This document shows, one piece after another, positions 51,416 through 64,000 of a stretch of DNA of 64,000 nt. A program made the translations under genes and the position numbers. Location of the stretch: contig NC_087436.1 in NCBI RefSeq assembly GCF_036321535.1, positions 67,210,001 to 67,274,000 on the forward strand, read 5' to 3'. Source of the stretch: Camelus dromedarius. Lineage: Eukaryota. The notes beneath the pieces were generated by a model, which was not told where the DNA came from, searched no databases, and saw only the letters and a list, made by a program, of their open reading frames with translations. The number at the start of each line of letters is the position of its first letter. Within the stretch, counting starts at the first letter, position 1.

Positions 51416-52869
51416 GTGTTTAGCTTAAAGAGTTCTGTAAGTTTCTACCTTTCCTTTCAATATAATACGTAAAATGTATGAAGTCTAAATATGTATGTTG
51501 TAATAAATTTGAAGAATGCTATTCTTCAAAACAGACTTGAATATAATAATGTTCAGTGCTTTGAAATGACACTAAAACTACTTTCTTAACATAACACAGA
51601 ATGACTGTAAAATCTGTATGTTCTTTGCTGGAGTCACAGTTGAAATTTGACTAATTTCTTATGATTTATCTGAAAAGGTTAAATTAAACTATACTTTCTA
51701 TACATGTTTTATTTCTCATTTAATTAATATTTTACAGTATTGATCTATATTAGTCTTTCTGTATATATGGATGCCTACTCAGATTTCAGTACTTTCCATC
51801 TATCAATTTTTATTTATTGTTGCTTGAAAATTATTATTTCAAATCAAATGAAATTATTTTAATGAATTGACACTGATGATATGCAGTAATCAAATTGATA
51901 AAAATCCTGTATCTGCCCCAACTAAATTCCTGGCTAGTCTCACAAAATATTACTTAACCTTTATCTCAGTCTCTACTCAATAGATAGGGTAATGACAATA
52001 TCTAGCTTCTGACATGCTTCATAACAGTAATGTATTAGAAGGTAAACTGGTAAAGTGTACTTTAAAAACAGTAATCTAAAATACTTATTATAGTCCAAAT
52101 ATTGAAGTTAGAGACTATTCACAGCATGCCTTAATTTTGTAATTAACAATAAATCAAAAGAAGCTATTAAGCTTCTGTGGCATGTCTATTCTTAATAAAC
52201 CTCATGCTGCTTAATGCTCAAAATTCTATTGTCCTCTTAATATGTTTATAGATTTTATAGGATCAAATATAATAATATGTTTGAGGGATAATTATTTTCA
52301 TTAACATTTAGAAAGATTATTTCAACATTTTCCTCTTTTCATTACCATTATAGCTATTTAACTTTCTGAGTTCCCTGCATGCTTTTGTTGGTGTGAAATA
52401 TTATCCAGCAACCATGGGACAATTTCTATGTGAATCGCCCTTCCCAATATGCTGATCTATTCAGCATATGTTCAAATTTCCCAGGTTTTTGTTTGCAGGC
52501 ATGTCTGGTCAATGTTTAATTTTGGCAGACTTATTAGTTTTTCATTGTACTGACTTATTTTTTTCTGTAAAGACATCTACAGTTACAGGGTAAGCATTTT
52601 CAATCATGCAATGAAAATACTGCTCTATCAAATTCACTCTAATGCTATCATGTTATTTAAATGCAAATGCTGACAGCGTCATAATGCGGTAAAATTTTCT
52701 TGCTAAGAAAATGATAGATATTAGAATAGAGTATTTGGCTAAAGTAGATACACTTTAAAAGATAAAAAAATGATTATGTCCATTTCTTTGTGTACTAAAT
52801 CAGGGGAGAGAAAGTGATAACTCCAAATGTGTCAGGCTGTGCTTTAAGTGGTGCATTCTTATACTGTTG

Positions 52870-53400
52870 ATGACTTTTGAAAACATTATAAAAACAGAAA
52901 GGTGATATGAAACTCATAGATGTAACTGCATAGGTAGCCTTATCTTTGACCCAGGAATCCCATTCTCAGAAATGTAAGTTAAAAGGTAATTGAACCAAAT
53001 TAACCAAAAGTTAAAAGATAACTGAACCAAAGTCAAAACAAAAAGAAAAACAGAAACAAAAACGTCACTCATAAAAGTACACATGACATTTTTCCTATTA
53101 ATTATAAATTCAAAAAGTAGTTTATTAAACTGTAATATATGTGTGATGCCACTGGTCAGCCATTAAAGTTTGTGGTTATTTAGACTACATTGTAATAATA
53201 CTCCTTTAGTATTATGATATTAAAGAAAAAGCAATCAAAAACATAAAGACATGCATAAAATGAGCTCAAATACTTTTAACTGAGCATATATAGAGAATAA
53301 GATTGAATGGCAATCTATAAAACTAGAAATAAGGTTTAGATTGGAAGGTTATGAGTGTTTTAAATTATTTGAAAATATTTATTAATATTTTATATAGTAT
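52870..53400 (+). mobile_element. Ancient L1ME-like fragment
   Basis: ctttgacccaggaatcccattctcagaaat and a degenerate 3' UTR. Confidence 0.5.
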
Positions 53401-53783
53401 TGATTTTAAGTGATCAAATAGGGTTTCAATGGAATATGTGCTGTATACTTTAACAAGATAATTGAATAATATGATTTTGATGTGGCAAATTAGATCATTA
53501 TCATTATCAAAATATAAAACTTTACAAATATTTAACTCAAATTAATACAACATATGATCCATTTTATACTTTTACAGTTCAGCAAATATTTAAATAAAAT
53601 TAAAGCAAATCAAAGTATAAAGTTCATATAAAATAAAGATTTTTAATAAATGAAAGTATAAAACTATGGTTTTATAATATACATATATCTTATTTGTTTT
53701 TCACAAGTACATCCAACTCTTAAAGTTATTCTAACTCAAGGACTTTGTTTTTCCTAAAATATTTCTATTTAAAAAATATTGTG

Positions 53784-54224
53784 ATGTTTGCAACATCATT
53801 CACAATAGCCAAGATGTGGAAACAACCAAAATGTCTATTGATGGATGAGTGGATAAAGAAAATGTGACATATACAAAAAAAATAGCATGCAACATTAAAA
53901 ACAAAGGAAATTGTGTCTTATACTACAAAGTAGATGAATCTTGAAGGCTTTAGGGTTAACAAAATAAGCCAATTACGGGACAAATACTACATGATGCCAC
54001 TTATATGAAGCATCTGATATAGTCAAACTCATAGAGGCAGAGAGAAGTCTGGGAGGGAAATGAGGAGTTGCTGGTCAACAGATAAAAAGTTACGATTATA
54101 AAAGATGAGCAAATTCTGGAGATCTACTATACAACATTGTGCCTATGATTAATATTACTGTATTGTTCACTTAACAATTTGTTAAGAGGGTAGATTTCAT
54201 GATAAGTGTCAACAATAAAAAATA
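53784..54224 (+). mobile_element. L1MA-like 3' end (about 440 bp)
   Basis: attcacaatagccaagatgtggaaacaacc...tttgttaagagggtagatttcatg; TSD a[a/g]aaaatatt[g/a]tg at 53771-53783 and 54225-54237. Confidence 0.88.
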
Positions 54225-54599
54225 AGAAAATATTATGTGTTAGATATTCCATATTGCCTTTATGTGTCTAGGTGTTTAATCTTTGTTCAGTATCAAAGCT
54301 TGCTTGAAATATTTCACATTACAATGAACTAATAAGAATTTCATTTATTCTCCACATTTTTGATAATTAATGTTAATGTTCATTTTGAATATATAAAGAT
54401 ATTTATATCTGTGTTATAAATAATTACATATAACCCATATAATATTATGGGATTGAAATTTGTAGCAAAAGGCAATTTTCTGCAGTATTTGATTTCACTT
54501 AGAGACTCTTGCTCTATTTAATATTTGTAAAAATTTCAACAACCACAACTCAGAGAATCACAACCACCATGATCAGTAGCACCAGCACCACCAAAACAA

Positions 54600-54840
54600 A
54601 CATTTTACCAAGGTCAGCATGTGTAAAAGTTCCAAAAACCCTGCCAATTACTATATGTGTTCAATACTGTTATCTCTATTTTATAAATGGGAAAATAGAA
54701 GCTGAAGGAAATGCTAAATAACTGACTCAAAATAAACACTGAAAAATAGCATTGGGCACATTGAAAACTCACATTGATGGAGACCTTTGCCCTGCACAAT
54801 GAGGTTAAGACTAAAACATGGATTCAGGTATTCTGTCCTG
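54600..54840 (-). mobile_element. MIR SINE
   Basis: tactgttatctctattttataaatgggaaaatagaagctgaagg...aaataactgactcaaa. Confidence 0.6.
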
Positions 54841-54895
54841 GCTGTGGGTCTGCTGGCTGTTTGGTATGGATTTATTTGTATCTAAAGATTTGATG

Positions 54896-55466
54896 CACCC
54901 CAGTGTTTATAGCAGCACTATTTACAATAGCCAAAACATGGAAACAGCCTAAATGTCCATCAACAGGTGACTGGATAAAGAAGAAGTGGTATATTTATAC
55001 AATGGAATACTACTCAGCCATAAAAACCGACAACATAATGCCATTTGCAGCAACATGGATGCTCCTGGAGAATGTCATTCTAAGTGAAGTAAGCCAGAAA
55101 GAGAAAGAAAAATACCATATGAGATCGCTCATATGTGGAATCTAAAAAACAAAAACAAAAACAAACAAACAAACAAAAACAAAGCGTAAATAAAGGACAG
55201 AAATAGACTCACAGACAGAGAATACAGACTTGTGGTTACCAGGGGGGTGGAGGGTGGGAAGGGATAGACTGGGATTTCAAAACTGTAGAATAGACTACAC
55301 TGTATAGCACAGGGAAATATACACAAAATGTTATGATAACTCACAGAGAAAAAAATGTGACAATGAGTGTGTATATGTCCATGAATAACTGAAAAATTGT
55401 GCTGAACACTGGAATTTGACACAACATTGTAAAATGATTATAAATCAATAAAAAATGTTAAAAAAA
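54896..55466 (+). mobile_element. Young 5'-truncated L1 (571 bp)
   Basis: Perfect 12-bp TSD aaagatttgatg (54884-54895 and 55467-55478); open ORF2 C-terminus [18 protein letters not shown]...SLICGI*; A-tail. Confidence 0.96.
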
Positions 55467-55698
55467 AAAGATTTGATGAAGATGAGATGAGCTAATAAGC
55501 ATCCTAAATACGTAGATTTTCTCTGTTATTCTCTGTGACCTCCTGAATCTAAAATGGTATAATTAAGGGGTAAGAAATACCTGAATATTATATGGCATAT
55601 TTATTATATGGCACACACAAGAATAGTGCATTAGTGGATACAATTACAGAGAATCCACTCTACCTTAAATGAAATGTGATTTATTATAATGGTATTAC

Positions 55699-56035
55699 CT
55701 AGCTTGTAAAAACATATGAGTGAGCTGAAAAGACATACTTCAAGCAGATCTTCCAAAAAGATGTCCAAGTCACACTGTAGTTCTGTGCTGCCAATATCTT
55801 TACTGCCTCTAGAACTGCCACGAAAGGGTAGAATCAGGAAGTTCTCAACATAGCAGCATGCTACTCCTGCCATTAGCAGGAAGGCTTGTGCTAAAATGGG
55901 AAAATACTGGTACAGTTTCCAGCTCCAGAACGATGCCTCTTCTGCTCCAACGTGCAGCAGCAAAATAAATGCTCACACAATATCGCCTGTGCCCTTGAAA
56001 CCAGGGAATGGGCACTAAGACCTCTGAAATAGCTG
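55699..56035 (-). other. Candidate spliced exon of an unidentified transcript
   Basis: On the minus strand: CTGAC branch motif (56080-56076), long polypyrimidine tract, CAG acceptor (56038-56036) and AG|GTAATA donor at 55699/55698; unique DNA of higher GC. Confidence 0.3.
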
Positions 56036-56724
56036 CTGGGCAGGACGGGGGAGGGGGAAAAAGGAGGGAAATGCTGTCAGAGATGCAATTGCCAGAGGAA
56101 ACAGCAAAAGCAGCAGACGTTAGGCCAGGTTCTACCTCCCAGTGTTCTATTTCTGCTTTCCAAATATTTTGCAGATGAATTTGATGGGTGAAACTTCAAA
56201 CATATCTATAAATGGAGTTATAAACTTTCTAGCATCTGGCCTCTGTAGTGTAAAATGTGAACTAGGAAAAGGTTGGAATGAACACTGAGTCAGCAGATTG
56301 ACGATATCTGCCAAAATAACATTGCTGAGGAAGTTTGCCTATACTTGCTTTTGTGAGATGGCATTCACTGAGAGGATTTATTGGAAGATAATTGAAAATA
56401 CTGTATTTGTACCAAGCATAAAAGATGCCTAACTGGTTTTATTACCTTAGAACTATTCCAGTATCTTGGTGAACTATGAATAATGGTAGTTTTGATCCTG
56501 CAGAGATGATGACGAAATATTGGTACATTTTGGAATATGAAACTTTGGAATATTATAAATGAACATCAAATACCTGATACAAAGCGATTTAAAACAATGC
56601 TAAGCCAATGAATCTATCCTTGGAGGGTTCATAGTTTATTCATTCATTATAAAAATATTGTGACATAATCTCAGAATGTCACAAATGATATGGGGAAGAG
56701 AAAAAAGAATTAATGTACTTACTT

Positions 56725-57510
56725 CAGATTTCATATTTTAAGAAGCACATTCGTACACTTTAACATCTCTGGAATTGATATACAACTTAAATACATTTCG
56801 TGCAGACAGCATTTATGATATAGATGTCTTTGTCTACATGTGTATAAGCTTAAAGATATTTATTGAAACTATTATTTTTACCTTATTTGAGTTCATTTTG
56901 TTACTTATACTATTGAATTTTTTAATTTAATTGGCATTTAAAACATCTTTCCACACGATCTAGAAATTTGGTAACATTAGAGTTGCACTTTTGTTTCAGT
57001 TGTGATAATAGTATTGTGTATTAAATATCTCAAAGATATATTTTAGAGATATACATTGAACTACACATATACATTGAACTGGCTATATGATCTACTTTAA
57101 ATATTCTAGTAAAGAGGGGGGAATTGAATGAAGGTATGAGAAACTTCATAGATAGTGAATCTGAGTGAAGGATGCATCGAAATTCATTATAATTATCTCT
57201 CTACTCTTGTATATATTCAAAATATTCCATAGTAACAAATTTAAGGTCTTCAAAATTTAGAAGCATATTTTGACATTTAAAACAAAGTTTATTGTGTTTG
57301 TAGAAATGAACAAAATGATTAATCATATGGTGAAGATAGGTGTCTATGTAATTGTAAAAGAATTGTCTTAGTAAGATAAAAACAAACAAAAGCAAAAATT
57401 CTGAAGTGATAAGAAATAATAGGATTATATTTTAACTGGCAGCACTTTTTTCTTTCTTAGTGGTACCTAAAATAATAATGTCTTACATTACATAAAACAA
57501 AGTATATAGA
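56725..57510. mobile_element. MER104/Kanga-like TcMar-Tc2 DNA transposon remnant
   Basis: Ends resemble the consensus: taagaagcacatt...tttaacatctctggaattg and ggcagcacttttttctttcttagtggtacctaaaataat. Confidence 0.65.
57030..57245 (+). mobile_element. L1ME-like 3' terminus nested in the Tc2 element
   Basis: gtgaatctgagtgaaggatgcatcgaaattcattataattatctctctactcttgtatatattcaaaatattccata. Confidence 0.65.
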
Positions 57511-57619
57511 CATGATTTCCATTTGTAATGTAGCTTTACAAAGAAGTGCAATACTTCTCTAGCTATGTAGATTTAAACTTACCATATTGGATTATAACAA
57601 TAAAAATGTAATGTTAGTA

Positions 57620-57805
57620 TGTCATATTTTTATGATATTAGACATACTTACTTTATAGAATGTATCAACATCATATTATAGTCTGGAATTATTATCCTTA
57701 TTTTTCATATATTGAGGGGAAGAATTGTAAGCCCAGTGAATTAGAGGTTACAACATGAATTTGAGGTTGAACTGGGATCAAGACACTTGAACTCAGATTC
57801 TTACC
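57620..57805 (-). mobile_element. MIR SINE (degenerate)
   Basis: attattatccttatttttcatatattgaggggaagaattgtaagcccagtg...gggatcaagacacttgaactcag. Confidence 0.5.
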
Positions 57806-59659
57806 AGAGTTTGGCTAAGCTTGAAGGATTTTACTTAACTATTTACAAGAGGCTTACTCTCTATTTGTATTTTCTGCATTTTCTTACAGATTGGTCTAAC
57901 CTACTTTCTCACTGCTTCATGAATGTCAATTGGAATGTCAGTTGCTTTAGAAGAAGAAGCATTTGCCTTGTTTGATTCTTATGAATTAATTTAGCTTCTT
58001 AAAACAGCTGCCATCTTAATATATTTATGTGATTGGCAGAATACACATATATACTAATAATTTTATTGTTTTTGAAAAATCCTATTAGAGAGTCTTGTTA
58101 TTATTATGAGAAACAGAAGAACACATACACACATTTTGAAGATGATTGAGTTTGAAAGAAACTATTAAACTAGGGTAAAGTAGAAAAAAGGAATAAACGA
58201 TAACCAAGTTTTCAACTATACATGTTATATTTAAGCCATATTAATGTCCCCATAGGAAAAGAGATCGATGTCCCATTTTCATTTTTAAAGTACTAACCTT
58301 GGGATTCTGAGTAAAGTCTTTTTGATTACATATTCATTGTCTATTTATTAACATTCAGTACTAAACTATTGATAGTTTCTTATTGTTTATATTTTATCTG
58401 TAGCCTCATGTGCTTACTTGAACTTGAGGTCACTAACTGACCTTGACTATGTATGGGCATTTAGTTATGCTTTTATATTCTTTCATGTACTTTTAAGGAA
58501 ATTATTTAAATTACTGATTATATAATTCCAAAATATTGCAAAAACTACGTGAGAGGAAAACTGAGTGAGTAAATCCATACAGCATTCTTTGGCTTATTAC
58601 TAGACTAGAAAAGCCACTAGAGATATGAAAATGCATGACTGAGAGAGATTCAGAAGATCATACTATTGTCCTTATTGTCCTCAAGTAATGTCACATATGA
58701 TCCATTAAAAGTAAATGAATTTAACATGAGACCTTTATCAAGCCTTCCAGAAATGAAATTGAGCCTTTGGTAAACAAGTTCGAATTTCTGTGACCCTTAC
58801 CGTTAAGGAAATTGCCTTCTCTCCTAACTAAACTGCCTTCTGTCATCTCTCAATTGTATTCTCTCTCTACTAGAATTTGAAAATCTTTTATTATCATCTA
58901 CCATAAAATAATCCTCCTTCATATATGAGAACTCTTTCTAACCTGATTTTTTTCTTCTCTTCAGCCTGAAATAATGTCAGTTATGTTCTCTTTGATATGT
59001 GTTTTCTGATATTTTAGTTTTACATTCTTATTTTCATATTTTAAATTTTTACTCATAAAACATAAAGGTCAGAAAATTTGGAAAAACTTAAATTCTACCA
59101 CAGTAATGGCATGGGTGCCTTAAAACTTCAATGAACTTTCTAGCTAGATTTTCAAGGGAGGCTGTGCAGTTTATATGATAGTATTCTTTCTTCTAGAGTC
59201 AACATTACTTTTTCATTGTGTCCAGTTTTTTGGAATTTTAAATTTTTTTTCTGCATGCTAAAATTACATGGGGGCTAAAGTGAAAACAGCTAAATAACAC
59301 AGTACTATTAGAAGTAAGATTAAAATCAGTCTTGAATTAGAAATTTATAATACAAAGAATTATATTTTAGATTCATATATTACCTTTTCTTCCCAAAGAG
59401 ACATGTATTACTGGCCAGTAAGACTCAACTATATCTCATTTAATGTATTAATACAGGTAGAAGGGTTGTTCAACTTGACAATTTAAAAAGAAAGTACATT
59501 CACCCAGAAAAATACTAATAATTTCCATCCAAGCATTATCCGAGAGAGCAGTGTTTCTTTTTCAAAGTGAATTTAACTCTTACCCTTGCTGGCAAGGGCA
59601 TGACCATTGGGAAGTACTATGTGCCTTTAAACCTCTAGATTTTGGCATAAACAATGTTT

Positions 59660-59975
59660 TCTTTGGGGAAACGCTTCCTTCTTTCTTCACGTAGCTTGTC
59701 CCTACTCAGATCTGTCTTTGAAAAAGCATCTCAAGCACTTTTCCTGACATCCCTTCTGGTTTAGATTCTCTCCTTATGCTATTCCATAATACCTCTTCTA
59801 CTCTGATTAACACATTTATTAAAAAATGTTGAGGTTGTATGCATATTTGTCTTTCTTCCCCCAAAATAGCTATTTCATATAGTCAGTAACCTTGTCTGGC
59901 TTGATCATTTCTTCCTTGGTGTGCCATATGCTATTCCTGACATTCACATAGTGTTGGCTGAATAACTGAATAATT
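59660..59975 (+). mobile_element. L2 3' region
   Basis: cctactcagatctg...cttttcctgacatccc...gtgttggctgaataactgaat. Confidence 0.6.
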
Positions 59976-61532
59976 GCAGAAAGAAAACTTTTTTTTTAAC
60001 TTACACAGGAATTTTATGTGGCCCGCTCCTGACAAATAGTGACAAATGAAAGAAAAAGTAAATGAGATAGGGATTTACCAGCTAATAAGAAAGCAGTCGA
60101 GACCTAAGTAAGAAGGCCATCTTGGGAGAGTATCTAGCCCTTTCCCTTGTTCAACACACTAACATTACTATGAAGTCATACGAATGAGCATTTTGAAGTT
60201 CTGCATAGAACAAGGAATTCTTTGTTTTCTTTTCAAATATGTGGGTTTTGAAACCAGTATTATGAATTTTTCTCAGTTCAGAAATAGTTTAGAAAGTTAT
60301 AACCAACTTTTAGAACTTGTTTAAAGCCGGAGAGACAGAGAATCACAAAAAGATTCAAATGACAATGATCTTGGCACAGATACATAACATTCTGAAATTC
60401 TAGTAAAACATTTTCTTGATGTGATATATACTTATTATTTGGTATTTTTCCAAGATATTAACCTAACATCTTAAAAGAGAACTGTATAGATAAGCAAAAA
60501 AAAAAAAAAAGAAAGAAAATTATAACAGTTTAAATTAAAGATGCTAACTGAAGTGAATACAGTCCCGAGGAAAACTGTATTCTTAAAAGTTAAGGGCATT
60601 ACTAGTTTTTTCTTAATGCTTAGTTTAAAATTTGAGATTTTTGGATGACTGTAGCCCCTATTATCCTGTCTTCTTTCAATGTAATCATGCATAATGCTCG
60701 GTCTTACATGTATTTTACTATTACAAAAAGGATGACAATGACAGTTATGATTCAAGAGATTCAAATTCAGGATAATCACCTCTGTTCTGAATTATATATA
60801 ATAGGCTTTCCAAAATGCTTTTATTTTAAAAATTGATTTCTTTTTATTATTTAGCTGGTTACTGAGTTGGAAATTTTTGAAAAGAAATATAAAGTAGATT
60901 TGACCTCAGAGAGAACAATGAATTGTAATTCTGTTTAAAAATCAAATTAATTTAACAGAATGATGAAGTTTATATTGAGTCAAAAGGAACTGTTCGATAA
61001 TTAGGGGGAAAAAAGGAGTAGGATATAAAGTGAGAGCTAAACATTGAAAACAGTTGAAAATATTTTCTGAGGAATATACATGTGTAATATTTTATACCTT
61101 TTTAAAAGTATGGGGTATACAGATACATCAGTAAATTTGTTTCTGTTGTTACAAAGAGATCTATATAGTGACCCATGTTATATAATCCAAAGACATTTGG
61201 AGGAAAATATATGAAAGAATCCTTCTCATTTAAATTTAGACGTATATCATTTTTAAACAATTGCTACATAGGAAACTTTGTAAAGTGTTTTGTTTTTCAT
61301 GGGATTCCCATAATCATGCAATGTTATTGGTGCAGAAATCCTGGTAAGAATCTGATTAGTCTATGGAATTGTATTTTCCACCTGAAATATGTTTTTTTAG
61401 TTTTTTTCCTGATCTGAAGCCCCAAAATATGAAAATTAATATTTACATTAATATTTATATCTTCTTTGTTTACCCTACCAAGTCTCAAAATTCAGTTATA
61501 TGCCTTCTCATCTGTAAAGTCTATATGGATGG

Positions 61533-61533
<1 letters not shown>

Positions 61534-61585
<52 letters not shown>

Positions 61586-61636
61586 CCTTCATCCGTCCGT
61601 CCATCCATCCATCCATCCATCCATCCATCCGTCTAT
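61534..61636 (+). repeat. (TATC)13...(TCCG/TCCA)n compound tetranucleotide STR
   Basis: Read directly; the pure TATC run spans 61534-61585. Confidence 0.95.
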
Positions 61637-61654
61637 CTTCCTATCTAGTATAAA

Positions 61655-61850
61655 CTCTGAAGCCAGTTCTAACATGTAACTAAAGTTATGACCTTGGGGA
61701 AGGTATTAATACCTTTCTGTAGTTTAGTTTCTTCATTTGTGAATTCAAAATGTCAGCAGAAGTGTCTACAATATAGAGTTGTTAGAATTAAATCAGTCAG
61801 TACATAATTGGAACAGAAAAAGTCTTCAGTAAGGATTAGCTCTTAGCTAC
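61655..61850 (+). mobile_element. MIR SINE
   Basis: agttatgaccttggggaaggtattaatacctttctgtagtttagtttcttcatttgtgaa. Confidence 0.75.
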
Positions 61851-62329
61851 TAGTAGTTGTCAAAACTCCACTATCTTCTCAGATCTACTATAACATTTTT
61901 CAGTCTATAAAACTGAGTTAGCAGTAGTATAATGTATTATACCATACTTAGTGAATCTAACTTTAACAAATGTTTTGTTGATGATTATATTTATATTATT
62001 GTCCTTTCTTTTCTCAATAAATGTTAAGGTTCTTGAAGGCAGAGATGGAATGTTCTCTTTTCTCTACATAGATAGAATAAATTTGTTGCATACCTTAAAG
62101 TTACCAACAACAACTTAGCCTATAAGTATTTATTATATTTATTAAGGGAAGAACCCTGGAGTCTTGAAATTGGAATCAGAATTATTTTCACTAATTATGT
62201 GGAAATAAATCTGTAAAATTAGTCAATATAATTATTATATTAGTCCAATATTTAGAACATGTCAAAATAATCTCATCCATTTGAATTTAGGGAAACATCT
62301 AACCTAATGTATTTTTCTGTCCCTCAAAT

Positions 62330-62720
62330 TATTTGCTTTTGTGCTGTCTTTGGCCTGGAGTCCACATCTCTCTGATCTTTCAGTGGCCTGTTTCTTCTCA
62401 TCTGACAGGTGGATATCAGCTCAAATGTCATCTTATTAAATGGGGCCTTTTGAAGACCTTCTCTAAAGCAGGACCACTCCCATCACACCCAATCCCAATA
62501 TGCTTTTCTTTTACTCTGCATAATTTTAATCACTATCTGAAATTATTTTGTTTACTTTTTTTCATTTTTAGTTTTTCTTCTCCCACTAGAATACTAGCTC
62601 AATGACGTCAGAGACAAGATCTGTCTTAATCATATTTTTATACCCAGATTAGGATAGATTAGAACAGTAGCCAGAACATAATAGATGTTTAATACATATT
62701 TGCTAAATGAATTAATGATT
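62330..62720 (+). mobile_element. L2 3' end
   Basis: tcagctcaaatgtcatc...ctcccactagaatactagctcaatga...agaacagtagccagaacataatagatgtttaatacatatttgctaaatgaat. Confidence 0.88.
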
Positions 62721-63049
62721 TATGTGAGTTTAAAATTTTTCTTTTGGTGATATAAACAAAAATCAAGAATATTATGATTCAGAGGGGTTAAAGTGATCTT
62801 TCCTACTGCCTGTCAGAAATTCAGAGGAAAATAATATTATACAGATGTATAAGTTGCCCCCAAACTTTTTATATTAAAAAGTATTGCTATAGATGAAAAA
62901 ATTACCCGAAGTATTAAGATGAAACAAGTCACTTGAAAGAGATAAAATTTAGAGACATATCCAAAGGAGATTAAAAATTATAGTTATCTGATAAGAACTT
63001 TAAAATAATTATGATAAATATATTTTAAAATTGTAATATAGATTTCTGG

Positions 63050-63905
63050 ATGAAACACGTTAACAAGCACTAAATCTACTTTTCCATTCCCACAGTAAAT
63101 GATTATAAAACTATCAAGAATATATGAGGTGACAGTTTTCAGGTTTTTAGACAATTGGCAGCACAAGACTATGATTCTTAAAAACAGTTAAATACAGGGA
63201 GGGATAGCTTATTCTGCTCGGATCCCCCAACTATACCAAGGAAGTATGGGGTCATGTTGAACAGAGGAGGCTGAGAATGGATTTTGTGGCCTTGAAGCAG
63301 CTGGAATTTATGGAATGGATTCTAGGAAGGAATAAAAGATGTGCTTGCTAAGCAGGATACGCAGAAGTTTGTGAAGGGGACCCCCATGGGCTTTCAGCTG
63401 ATTATTGAGCTGAACATATTCAAAGCAATACTCCATTAAGTAAGCCTAGCAGAAAGAGCCTTCTGTTGGGGTTGCTCATAGCTGAGAGCTGTAGCAGTTT
63501 CACCTGGACTGAAAGCAGAAGCATCCAGATAATGACTTAAGGCAATCAACTGAGAGCTAAGAAAAGCCACAGTTTGGGAGTAAAGACTACAACCGAGGTA
63601 AGAGACATACAACCAAAAATTAATAAAAACCTATCAGGATAAAAAATAATTCTTTCATAATTTAACTTCTGCCCACAACCAAATCAAACATTTTACAAGA
63701 ACATAATGTAATCCAGAGCTTCTATAATATAGCATCCTCAATATTCAATATAGAAAAAAAGAGTTACTAGACACATGAAGAAGAAGGAAAATAACCATAA
63801 TCAAAAAGAGTCTAGCCAATATAAATAGTCAAAAGATAACTAATATGTTGGCCATAAGAAACAAGAAATTTAAAACAACTACTTAAAATACATTCAAAAG
63901 TTGAA
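63050..63905 (+). mobile_element. Old L1M 5' UTR/ORF1 remnant
   Basis: gacagttttcaggtttttagacaattggcagcacaagact; aaagagttactagacacatgaagaagaaggaaaataaccataatc. Confidence 0.65.
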
Positions 63906-63929
63906 AAAAAAAAAAAGAAGGAAAGAAAG

Positions 63930-64000
63930 AATTAGTTTGCTAGGCTTATCATAACCAGTATTACAAATTAGTGGCTCAAATCACGTACATGTATTTGTCT
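63930..64000 (-). mobile_element. MLT1-type LTR end, truncated by the window edge
   Basis: ttagtttgctaggcttatcataaccagtattacaaattagtggctcaaa. Confidence 0.6.

Noticed and set aside
55242..55273. G-quadruplex-like tract
   Set aside because: This is the standard G-rich tract of the L1 3' UTR and is not locus-specific.
61363..61653. ORFs with YLSI/HPSI repeats
   Set aside because: They are translations of the tetranucleotide microsatellite.

Overview
This is AT-rich, CpG-poor eutherian mammal DNA, either a large intron or an intergenic region. It is dominated by interspersed repeats: young and old LINE-1, L2, MIR, ERVL/MaLR LTRs, hAT and Tc2 DNA transposons, and microsatellites. I see no intact host CDS, tRNA, rRNA, CRISPR array or CpG island. 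The recognisable ORFs in the track are LINE-1 ORF2 remnants or their antisense frames, and the rest look like chance ORFs. I found no Alu, B1/B2, Bov-A/tA, PRE, ERE or Can-SINE elements, and the young L1 3' ends suggest a camelid-like cetartiodactyl (inference). I cannot support a new biological system here. The points most worth follow-up are a candidate minus-strand exon in unique DNA (55.7-56.0 kb), enhancer-like unique blocks (44.4-45.3 kb and 52.3-52.7 kb), a twin-primed inverted L1, a multi-layer nested L1 locus, several ultra-short L1 3'-tail insertions with TSDs, and a MER53 hairpin. Repeat family names come from remembered consensus sequences, not from a search, and boundaries of old repeats are approximate.
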